Part shown: piece by piece, positions 39,302 through 50,007 of the stretch | Numbering within the stretch: the stretch's first letter is position 1 | Layout: each line of letters opens with the position of its first letter | Source of the DNA: Sphaerodactylus townsendi | Taxonomy: Eukaryota | Direction: 5' to 3' | Assembly (NCBI RefSeq): GCF_021028975.2 | Contig: NC_059430.1 | Coordinates: forward strand, 109,058,001-109,122,000 | DNA: 64,000 bases | Position numbers and translations under genes: made by a program | The notes under the pieces: model-generated | What the model was told of the DNA's origin: nothing | What the model saw: only the letters and a program-made list of their open reading frames with translations | The model's database searches: none

Positions 39302-41843
39302 TCACCCAGCTTCCATGAAGAAGGAGACTTTCAGCAGTGCATCTGAGAAAAAAGAGCAGATGAAAGTCCTAGCAAGCTCCAGCAGATGCAGAGCCCCTCC
39401 CTGAGTGAGGGCCAAGCAAATAAAGCCAAATCAACTCAGAAAGGATCCAATGGCTAATACCCAGAAAGCTGATACAAGGTAGTGATTAAGAGGCTGGATC
39501 AGATGTCTGACCTCTGCAGTGAACTCTTAGCCCCCCTCCCCACCACTAAATGGAGATTATCCTGCCTTACAGGACTGTTAACATATACTAAGTACTCGAA
39601 ACATTCTAAATTGCTGTACAGTTTGCTATATAGTTATAGCAGCCTTAATAGCCCTGACCAGCCTGAAGTTGCCAGAGCTTAGAGGCTAAACAGGATTGGC
39701 CCTGGGTAGTACTTGAAATAGAAACTACCAAGGAACATCAGGGATGCTATGCTGAGGAAGACAATGGCAAAATAGTAATTGATCACAATAGGCAGGAGTC
39801 TTTCAATTTCTCTCTAATGCTCAGATTCTGGGGTCTCACACTGGCCTCCACACCCGTGAAGGCGAACTCCCCCTCATGGCTATGGTTACCTTCTACCACA
39901 GAGTGGCGGCTGTGCTGCAACACCTGCTCCCAGGCCGCTGGAAGAGTCTGCATCTTGGTCAAGTCTTCGTACTTGACCTGGAGGAGGAGCATCTTTACCT
40001 CCAGGTAGCTTTTCCAAGAGTTAAGGATGGCATAGAAGGAAGGGCCTAGGGAAGCTGGGACATAGGAAATATTGAACTCATGCCCTGTACAAATCAGAAC
40101 GGCAAACAGAGGAAGAGATGGGTGGAGCCATCAAGAAATGCTGAATCCTGCTACTGCTGAAGGGTAGGTTATTTTGAAAGCACTGCAAGCCTGCCCCCCT
40201 GCCCCAGCTTTCTCAACTTATGAAGGGTGAACAGTGGAGAAAGGGCACAACACATATATTGCATGCCGATGGCTCCAGTTTCAAACATCTCTGTAACAAG
40301 CCCAGGACCCTGGCATACTGCAGCCATTCAGAGCGGAAGATACTGGGTTAGAATCGCCATTTCAAACAGTTAAAGATATTCCAACTGGGAAGGGCTTGAG
40401 GGCCTGCAGCGCTCTCCAGCACTGCACATAATCTACAGTCTGTCAGCACAGGACAAATGTTGTTTCCTTTTCCCTCCGTTGTCTGGCTCCAGAAAACATC
40501 AGGGGCATAACTCTTCCAAAGGATGCATGCCATGATAAAACCCTTCCACATCCAGCAGCCACTCCAACATATCTGCCAATGACGGGCAAAGCACCGAGCG
40601 CTGGAAAGCCCTCTCCTGACACAGGTCTTCTTGCTGCTCATAGAGCTGGAAAATAGACGCCACGTGAACACCAACGGCATCCCGCACGTGTTGCAGCTCA
40701 AGTCTGTATACAAAACAGAGAACACATCATGAAAATGCAGCTATATAGAGCAACTCTGGACATCATAGGAAGTTCCTACAGATTTGTTCCCCAAATCTGT
40801 ATGTGCAAGCTCATTTGGAGATAAGGTGACTGCCACTTCCAGGGCAAGTCCAGCTGAATCTCTGTGGGTAATCCTTTCCTCAAGGACATTCCATGTCAGA
40901 ACATGGAAGCTAAGCAATGCTGGCTATGGTTAATATCTGGACAGGAAACCAGCAAGCAAGTCCAAGGTTGTTACACTGAATAAGGAAAAGGCAAGCTACT
41001 TCTGCTCCTCTCTTGCCTTGAAAAAACCCATGAGGGGTTGCCAGGGGTTAGATGCACCTTGGAAGGACTTTCCCCCACTACAATGAATTTGTGTTGATTC
41101 ACTGTGCTTCCCCACTTCCAGCAAATGGGACTCAGATTAACATTGTATGTCCAGCCTCAGTGATTTTGGACCGGAATGCCCTATGGATGGGGGCACCATG
41201 AGTCAGTTGTGCCTCAAAGGCACATTCTTCTTCAAGAAAAAATAGCACTTTTGAAATAACACAGTACATTGCAATGGGCTTGGATTGCTCATGTATGACA
41301 TACTAAACCCTTGTTCATAGGGTGGACCTTGCTCACTAAATTGCTGTGATGAGATTTCTAAGCATGCTGAGAACTGCTCTACAAAAATTAGTCAGATTTA
41401 TTTTAGTACTACCACAGTGATTTACACTGACAAAAGAAACAGCAACTACGTAGTTTATGATCATAGTAAAATTGGTGACTTTCAGTAGTCGCCTAATTCT
41501 TCTGATTAGCGTGCACAATTCCCCTCCTTGCACACCACATCACACCACACCACAGGTAGTCTTACAGTTTCCCCCATAGCTCCTCCAGCAAAGCTTCTGC
41601 TGCACATTGCTGGCGGCATCTGAGTCTCTCTGGTAGGCTTGAGAAGTCTCGCAGTGGGGTGTTGGCAAAGACCACTTTCTGGGATGCCTGCATCTGTTCT
41701 GCCAGATTGCTCAGCGAACCCAGAAGAGATGCACACGCAGCCAGGGCACTCTTCCAGGTCTCATGCTGTTCCTGGAGGGCACGAAAACACTTCTGCAGAG
41801 AACAGCGTAGGGGGTGAGGGAGAGAAGAGTCTTCTGAGGCCAT
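39302..41843 (-). CDS. AIRIM: AFG2-interacting ribosome maturation factor (C1orf109 orthologue), about 204 aa, 4 coding exons
   Basis: Exons 41566-41843 (MASEDSS..LQKCFRALQEQHETWKSAL..LLGSLSNLAEQMQA), 40527-40703 (..VRDAVGVHVASIFQLYEQ..PSLADMLEWLLDVE), 39890-40008 (YLEVK..QTLPAAWEQV) and 39302-39342 (DALLKVSFFMEAG*). Matches human C1orf109 motifs LSNLAEQ, PSVADMLEWL, LLNVSFFLEE. Intron 40009-40526 is U12-type GC-AG. Probable non-coding exon 1 donor at 43818/43817. Confidence 0.92.
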
Positions 41844-43729
41844 CCTAGGAGCAAACAAATGGAACTGAGCTGAAATGAGCCATGCTCAGGAAGCTCCATA
41901 GTCTCTGGTATTCTCAAACCCCATCCAAAGAGGCAACATGTTAGGTTGTTCTGCCCATCTCTCCCAGTTTACAGGTTCTTTGCCTCTAGCTCCTCCCTCA
42001 CCTAAAATTAGATAATGCAGCTGCCCTTCGTAGGGAACAGTTTATCCCATTTGTTTGATGCACTCCAGGCACATTTAGAGGGCTTGTACAGTGGAAGTTA
42101 TGACTAAGCTGCTGGTTATGATAGCAGAGGGAATGTGCAAGTTGAGTTTTTTTCTAGATTTAGGTTGATATTAACCCCATTTTCTTCTGCATTTTATTTC
42201 TGCTTCCACCAATTTCTATGAGGAACATTTCCACGCTGGACTTTGTTGCCTCCCTGGCTGGGAGTTCGTTTGTTTTTTTCAGAGATGGAATCCCTGACTG
42301 GCATATGCTGCCCATCAAATATTAGACAAATAGCACAAAGTGCTACACTTTTAAATCAAAATTATAAGTCTGATTTACAAGGCAGGCACAGAAAGGCATT
42401 TGGCAATCCAAGAAATCAACTGAAACTGACCATTGGAAGCCACAAGACAAAGCATGCATAGGCACTGTTTGCCTGTGGGGAAAAGTAAGCAGCCTTATAG
42501 AGCTGGTGTTTGGGCACCCACAAGGGGAAAGGCAGCATTGGAAGACATGGCAGCACAGCAGGCTCATTAAATTCTGCTTTACAGACAGAGGAAACTCATC
42601 TTGCTTGCACTGACAAACAGAAAACAGCACCAACTCATCTTTATGATTCTCCAAATTAACATATAAATTTAAATCAATTGCCTTAAGTAAAAACTAAGAA
42701 CCAAGAAGTGAGAAGGCAAAGGCTGGCACATGGGACTCTTCTGTGATTTTAACATGACACATAAACCTGACTTATTGCAAGTCAAACCCCTGGTACATCA
42801 AGGTCTTCACAGGAGAGTCTGATGATTATTCCAGTATATAATGTAATATACACATAACATATTTTCAGAGATGCATTAGTTGGTTAAATGTGACATCTTT
42901 TGTCCACAATTAATATATAAAATATTTTTATTGTTATGAAGTTTTATTCAATATCCAGATAGATTGCTAGTACTATTAAAACTGCATGAGACAGTTTGTC
43001 TACATAATGCATCTTCTGTTTACAAAAAGCAGCAGCCTGGCCAAGGTAACTGCTACAGCAACTCAGACAATTTCCTTGAACACCATGGACTCCTAGTGTG
43101 GAGAACACCGTGGTCAAGGTCTAGCATATTCTACCCCTTCTGCTCCCTGAATACCAACAATTCATTGTAGGGGACTGATTCAAGAGCACTTTAGTGGGGT
43201 TGCGGCATCGCCCAACTTGCCTGCATTAAAGGGCAGCTCTGCTCATCGCTGTTGCTGTAACGGCCTCTATATAAACAGATCGCTATCCTGCGGGAAACCC
43301 AGTACTAGCTGGGGCGGGGGCTGAGTGCTGCAATATTTGCTGCTAAGAGAGCCGGCGGATTCCTCTCCGTTCTGTGCCCATTGGCTGACGAAGTGCAACC
43401 CCAGGCAGGAAGTCATTGCAGGACGATGTCCACTTGGAGGGAATGAGGGGTGGGATGCAAGGGAAGGGAGGGAAGGGGACCCACCATCTGGACATGGCCC
43501 ACCCACCCTAGCAGGGGGAGGGGAGGGAAGGGTGGCGTGCAAGGGAGGGGAGGGAAGGGGACCCGGCATCTGGACATGGCCCACCCACCCTAGCAGGGGG
43601 AGGGAGGGGTGGCATTCAAGGGAGGGTTGCGCTTTTGTGCTGAACAGTGAAAATACCGGAGTCTTCAGCGGTGCATCAGATGCCGATCAGGAACGGAGGT
43701 CTCCAGTTAAAGGTTGAGTGAGTCATTCC

Positions 43730-44100
43730 TCCCAGCCCCGCCGCTGCAGGGACATGCAGCACGGGCGCGAAGAGGCGAATATCCCACGACTAGTCTGGAA
43801 AAACCCCTGAGTCTCACCTTAGGACCCCGCGAGGTCCAACATTCGTACACTACTTTCGGCGCCGCAGTCATGACACACTTCCGGAGAGACTAGAGAGAGG
43901 CTTAGGCCTAGAGCGCTCTCCCGCTGCCTCTTCTTGGCCGCCGAACGAGACACCGGCAAACCTAGACTTAATCCTTCCGCCGGGCAGCTCTCTTTTCAAA
44001 CTTTGGGAGGATGACACGCAGCCTGATGAAGAGTTCTGGCAAACCCGCCCCGTTTTGGGTTGTTTGGTTGAGGCAGCGACGGGGCTTCTATCATTTGCCC
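43730..44100 (-). promoter_or_regulatory. CpG-rich promoter / exon 1 of AIRIM
   Basis: CpG-rich. ETS/GABP motif CCGGAAGTG (43876-43884, - strand) and donor AAG|gtgaga at 43818. Confidence 0.6.
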
Positions 44101-45132
44101 CCCTCTCCCACCTTATTTCGTGTTGGTAATAAACATGATTCTGATCACTTGTCGCCATCAGGTGTTAGATTGTTTTTAGTACTGAAATTTAATTTATTAC
44201 GAATTGCTGAAGGCCGCCCTGAGCCCGTAAAGGGAAGGGCAGCATATACAACAAATAATAAATAATATAAACACATAGCATTACCGATAACTGGGCTGGG
44301 CGGCCCTCGGTATTCCTTGGAGGCCTCCTATGCAAATACTAGCCAGGGGTGAGACGGAGACAGTGTGACTATGATCATGATCAGTCAACAAGTTTCCATG
44401 GCAGAGTGGGGATTTCAACCAGAATTTACCAGATCCCAGTCCAACATCCCATTTGGCATCTCTGGAAGGTGCAGAGCTTCCTCCCACAGTTGTTGGCACC
44501 TGGTGGCCTCCTTAGTGGTAAAATGTCTGCTTTTCAAGTAACAGTAACGCATTGGTTGTATTGTGTTTATTATGAAATGTTGAAGGCCACCCTGAGCCCG
44601 TGAAGGGAAGGGCGGCATACACAACAAATAATAAATAATATAAACACATAGCATTGCCGATAACTGGGCTGTAGAAGGAAATAGTACGATATAGCCTGAT
44701 CTTGGAAGCCAAGCATGGTTGGTACTTGGATGGGATACCACTAAGGGGGAAGGCAGCAACATGAATCACCTCTGCTTCTCACTTGCCTTAAAAGCCCTTT
44801 ACTGGGGTCACCAACAGTCAGTGTCGACTTAAGGACACACATACATAACAAGTATGTGAATGGTGTCCTGATTTTTGGGTTCGGGACCACTGCTCCTGAC
44901 TCTTACACAGCACTGCACAGGCAGCTTGGCTGAGTGTACTTTGTGCCCACTGGGCATTTGCTTTGTGGACCAGCTTTTAGAAATACTCATTTAAGTCAGA
45001 GCCCCTCATCTATCTCTTGTGCTCATAACAAAGTGAAGAAGGAAGAAATGGTGATTACACTGAAGAGAACACTGGTGTTTTGAGAGACCAAGCTTGTAAG
45101 CCACTGAGGTACCTATGCAACTAATATGCCTT

Positions 45133-45431
45133 TATATTGTCAAAGGCTTTCACGGCTGGACTCAACTAGTTGTGGTGGGCTTTCCGGGCTGTGTGGCTGT
45201 GGTCTGGTAGATCTTGTTCCTAATGTTTCGCCTGTATCTGTGGCTGGCATCTTCAGAGGTATATTACAGAGAGAGGTCTGTTATACACTGTGTCCGGTAA
45301 CTGGACACAGTGTATAACAGACTTCTCTCTGTGATACCCCTCTGAAGATGCCAGCCACAGATACAGGCGAAACATTAGGAACAAGATCTACCAGACCACG
45401 GCCACATGGCCCGGAAAACCCACAACAACCG
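45133..45431 (-). mobile_element. Penelope-like (PLE) fold-back element with hammerhead motifs, second copy
   Basis: Same family in the opposite orientation; near-perfect palindrome centred at about 45298; imperfect flanking duplication AATATGC(C/T)TT. Confidence 0.75.
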
Positions 45432-45799
45432 AATATGCTTTTGCTTACTGTGACTTCCTCATAGGAGACAAAAAGAGTTGCCCCCTCCTTATAACTGGCA
45501 AACTAGATAGCTGCTGGTACAAACACACACAAAAGACCAGGAGCACCATAAAGACTCACTAATACTCATTGCAGGGTGAGCTTTCATGAGTCAGAGCTAT
45601 TTCCTCAGATACAGTGGGTAGAACAAAAATAATTTCCTTCATTTTTGCACAGAAAAGAACAGAAGGGGGAAAGAGAAAGGAATTAAGCAGAGAGGCCTGG
45701 TTTGTGAAACTGCAGGGTTTGATTTTTATCCCCCCCCCCCCCAAACACACACACACACACGCTTTAATATATCTGTGAAGTCACTGGGAGAGGTCCTTA

Positions 45800-46715
45800 G
45801 GAGGTTTGGTTTGCAGTGTGGATGACACCCAGCAAATTCCCGCCCTACCACTTCATTCTCAGAAAGCTGATGGTTTAAACCGGTGTTTGAAGTCTGTAAT
45901 GGGTTGGACAAAAGTAAACAAACTCAAACTTAATTCTGTTAAGGCAGAGGTGCTCTGGGTGGGGAGAAAAGCAGATCAGGGACTTCTGATCTCTCCCCTT
46001 GAAAAGCAGCTGGGAGTGCTCCAGTGGTTAGGATTGCTTTTGCCCAGCTCAAGTGGGTATGCTGCCTGCACTCATATCTGGCTATAATTACATTCATTTA
46101 TTTTGACATGTTTTAGTTACATCTAGACTGGCCTGTTGCAATGTGCTCTACTTGGAGCTACCCTTAAAAAGTGTTCAGAAGCTGCAGCTTGTGCAGAGTG
46201 CTATGGATAGACTGCTGGTTGGAGCCAGTAACCGGGATCATGTGACTCTAATACTATAGCGATTACATTGGCTTCTGATCTGTTCCCCGGACCAATTCAA
46301 AGTGTTGATTTTGACCTTTAAAGCCCTATATGACTTGGGACTGGGACAGCTGAAGGACCGTCTTCTTCCATAAGCTCTTACCTGGGAAATACAATCACAG
46401 GGAAAAGCCCTCTTGACAATTCCATTGACCAAAGAAGCTCATCTCATAGGTGCATGAAACAGGGCCTTTCGGTGGCAGCCTCATGATTATGGAACAAACT
46501 CCCCAGGGATCTTTAGAAGGCAGCTGAAGATGGTCTTATTTGTGACTGCATTTGATTAGTTTCAGCTCTTCTGCTTAATGGCGCTTTTCAATTGTTGATT
46601 TTAAATTGGTGGGTTTTATGTATTTTACTACGTTCTGTTGTTTGCACTGTAAACCACCTTGAGTTCCTGCAAAGTAGACAAGCAACTAATAGACATTTCA
46701 AACAAATAATAGATA
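45800..46715 (+). mobile_element. L2 LINE 3' fragment
   Basis: Degenerate DDTQ..NKLKLN..RL.CCNVLYL.LPLKSVQKLQLVQ..LHWL..QFKVLILTFKAL and L2-type tail. Confidence 0.75.
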
Positions 46716-46884
46716 AATTAGGTGCCATGCTATATGCTGGGGGATTGATCCACTTGAATAGCTTATGAATAATGAGAGGGGCCAGAAGTTCTTGTCGAAG
46801 CAGCGGCTTACACACGAGTAGGACACCTTGAAGGGTGCAATGCAAACAAGAACCGAAAGACACACAGTCACCATGCAGTTCTGT

Positions 46885-48219
46885 TTATTTGCTAACTACC
46901 ATCAAAGTGCGCCGCCAGACACAGGTGTTTCCGAGCTCCTTTATTAGGTTGGCTAGTGCTCTGAAGTTCATATGGCCAAACACACGATGGTAATAATGTA
47001 TGCATTGGTCATGAGGAGGAACATTTGATACTGACACATTTGCTACCTTCTCAGACATACAGACAGTACTCATACCACTGTGTTCTAAGTAATACAAGCC
47101 ATTTAACAGTTTCCCTTGCGCATACACAACACCATTCTTAGATATGGTACATGCTTGTTCAGCAAAAGTAACAACATACCCATCTGTCGTCATTTTAGCG
47201 ACGCTAAGCAAACAGTATTCAAACAGGGGCGCATAGAGGACGTTTTTAATATGTCCATGCAAAGCAGGTACGTAAGCTGTTCCTTGCTTCTCCACAGAGG
47301 CTGGAGTCCCGTTTGCCAAACACACATGTTTGATGTCTGCGGTACGTTGATCCTCTGTCAGCAAATGCTCACGGTTCACAATGTGCATAGAACAGGCAGA
47401 GTCAATGAGCCAAGTTCCATCTCTGTCCTTGTCGTTGCACGTGACCAAAAAAGCAGACGAAGAAGAGGCAGAGTCCCCTCTCCCAGGACCCTTCTTCTGT
47501 CTCTGTTTGGGCTTACGTCGGTCCAGCACTTTCACGCATGCTCTTGCCAGGTGGCCAGGAGCTCCACACCGGTAGCAACGCCTGGTCGCACAAACAGCAG
47601 GCAAGACGGACGAACTCTCAGGAGTTGGTTCCCTCTGAGGCTCGGCAACGCTCTTCTGGAATTCCCTCTGTCGCTCGCAATCCAGCAGCTTCGAGGTGAC
47701 GTAGTCCAGAGTTAAGACGGCATCCGCAACCGTCTGGAGGCTGCTGACCAACGACTCCCATGATTCGTCCAGCGACGAAATCAGCAGGTAGGCTTTATGT
47801 GAGTCCTCATAACGCAGCCCACGGTCAGCCAGCTCAGAAAATAAAGACCTCATTTTCTGTAGGTGCTCAGAGACGGAGTCACCTTTCCGTAGCCTGAGGT
47901 GATGCAACTGTCTTGTTAGTAAGACTTTCACTCCGACAGACTCACGCTGGTAGACGTCCCTGAGCAAGTTCCAGCATTCCGATGCAGACGCTGCGTCCTT
48001 GATATACAGCAGCTGGGAGCTCTCCACTGCCAGGATGATGGATGCTCTCGCCCGCTCCTCAGCTCTAATCTGAAAAGCGGAGGGCTGCGCGGGGAGTGGC
48101 GTCTCAACAAATGTCCACAAATCCTCACACAGAAGATAAGCTTTCATCTTCAAACACCAGGTCACATAGTTGTGCTCTGTCAGCCGCTCGAAAGGCAAGC
48201 CAGCAAAAGACGCAGCCAT
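46885..48219 (-). CDS. Copia Gag-protease polyprotein (truncated in the GAG-pre-integrase region), 444 aa
   Basis: Uninterrupted ORF: N-terminal LTEHNYVTWCLKMKAYL..DLW (copia gag), UBN2-type gag core, zinc knuckle CYRCGAPGHLARAC, protease WLIDSACSMH, pre-integrase NGLYYL..YHRVFGHMN. It reads into the LTR and stops inside AATAAA. Confidence 0.88.
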   Translation of the reverse strand: MAASFAGLPFERLTEHNYVTWCLKMKAYLLCEDLWTFVETPLPAQPSAFQIRAEERARASIILAVESSQLLYIKDAASASECWNLLRDVYQRESVGVKVLLTRQLHHLRLRKGDSVSEHLQKMRSLFSELADRGLRYEDSHKAYLLISSLDESWESLVSSLQTVADAVLTLDYVTSKLLDCERQREFQKSVAEPQREPTPESSSVLPAVCATRRCYRCGAPGHLARACVKVLDRRKPKQRQKKGPGRGDSASSSSAFLVTCNDKDRDGTWLIDSACSMHIVNREHLLTEDQRTADIKHVCLANGTPASVEKQGTAYVPALHGHIKNVLYAPLFEYCLLSVAKMTTDGYVVTFAEQACTISKNGVVYAQGKLLNGLYYLEHSGMSTVCMSEKVANVSVSNVPPHDQCIHYYHRVFGHMNFRALANLIKELGNTCVWRRTLMVVSK

Positions 48220-48468
48220 AGTGCAGCCGTAAACTGTTTCGCACACAGCAACAAAAACAGTTACTCGCGTGTAAGGGCAGAATCTGGGCCCATAACCTGT
48301 CGAAGCAGCGGCTTACACGCGAGTAGGACACCTTGAAGGGTGCAATGCAAACAAGAACCGAAAGACACACAGTCACCGTGCAGTTCTGTTTATTTGCTAA
48401 CTACCATCAAAGTGCTCCGCCAGACACAGGTGTTTCCGAGCTCTTTTCACTCAGTGGTCTGTGCCAAC

Positions 48469-48564
48469 TAATATACAAAACAGGTGCCAATCCGATGCCC
48501 ATGCCTTCTCAGTGTTTGCACACGTTACCCAGTTATGCACACAGCCCTGATATGCACACGGCAC
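48469..48564 (-). promoter_or_regulatory. LTR U3 promoter with three metal response elements, CCAAT and TATA
   Basis: TGCACAC at 48517-48523, 48536-48542 (TGCACACAGCCC) and 48553-48559 (TGCACACGGCAC); CCAAT 48487-48491; TATATTA 48475-48469 on the - strand. Confidence 0.6.
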
Positions 48565-50007
48565 TTGCAGGAGGGAGTGTCCACCTGTCATTTAGATCAT
48601 GTCCCATCTAAACACATGTTCTGACAGTTCTCTCACAATGTGGTAAAGATAAAAGTGCAATAAATTTAGATTACATAAACTAATTAGGGAGACAGTGTGA
48701 AGATTTAAACATTCCCATATCCTGGAAAAGTACATACCTTAAGAAGAGATTTAGTCAGATGAAAGTCTCTATCTGTGCTTAAAGGAGAAATGAGGCAAGG
48801 CTTTCGAATGCCAAGCCAGCTTCCAGCATGAAAATCTGCGATATCTCAAACTTCTGTACTTTCCAAAACTTGGTCTCCTGACCTAGATCCAAGTATGCAG
48901 TCCAGGATGAATACTGTGCAGCTGTTAGGCACATACAGTCAGGTGTGCTTGCTTTATCAATAATTTCTAAGAATCATCCTAGAACCTCATCACTGAAGGG
49001 CCAGTGTTTTATGCCAGATCAAATTTCAGCACAGTTTAGTCCAGGACAGCATCTCTTTCTACAAAATCCTTTTCTCATCTGCCCAGATCAGAGAGGTTTC
49101 ATCTGTGATTTCACAGGCAGGAAGTGAACCATGAGGACAGCAATGGAAATCTTGGGCATTAAGGAAACCAAGCAGGAAAGAGTAACCAATTATATCTGAG
49201 GCAGTAGGAGAGGCCAGGAGGATGGAGTAGAGTCCTGATTTGTCAGGGATTTTGGTTAAAGCAGTATCAGTGCAGTGAAGGGGATGAAAGTCAGTTTCTA
49301 AAGACCTGAGACGAAACAAAGAATAACCAATATGCCCTAAGATATTGTACAGGAAATGAACAGGGAGGATAGATTAAAGGATGGCTTTTAGAGAATTAAG
49401 GAAATGAGTGAACATGGGAAGGAAGGACCCAGAGGAGACAGTCAGGAGGATTGAAGGAAATATATGGAAGAGAGGGATGCGGGCAACAGGAGAGTCTGCT
49501 GACTGACTGAGAAGAGGGAACCACCTTAACTGTGGATTTCTGGCATTCAGCTCCAACCTGGTGAAGCTGATTAATAGCAAAGGGGGGGAAAGATCTGCAG
49601 GAGCAGCACATCACACCTCCTTTGATCCAGGGCTTTAACTCCTCTTCCCAGGGGGAGGTCACATGGCAGGAAGAATGCAGGCAGAGGCAACTTTTCACAC
49701 AGTTTCCGTTTTAATTACACTTGGCCAAGTGCAGCCTGTTACATGCTATGGGCCACGTCTGCTCAGCAGAGGTGGCTTAAAAACAGATTGGTCCCTAACT
49801 AAGGGGTATATTCCCAAATACATTTTTCAGTTCCTGGTATCCAGGTTGCCCTTGCTGTCTCCCCACCCCACCCCTGGGCCTTCCAATCCACATCCATGGC
49901 CAAGGACCAGAGCAAACATTTGTCCCTTTGCTCCTTCATAAACAAGTCCACTGACAGCAGTTTCCTGGAGAGCCACCAAACACTCAGTTGCACAAACAGG
50001 ATGAATT

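Larger units (their letters stand above)
46793..48626 (-). mobile_element. Internally deleted Ty1/copia LTR retrotransposon
   Basis: 5' LTR 48298-48626 (TG..CA). Partial 3' LTR 46793-46938 differs at 3 of 146 positions from 48298-48443. 5-bp TSD GTTCT (46788-46792 and 48627-48631). PBS GGTTATGGGCCCAG at 48284-48297. Confidence 0.95.

Noticed and set aside
47116-47715. 199-aa antisense ORF in the copia element
   Set aside because: Shadow of the gag-protease ORF; no independent features.
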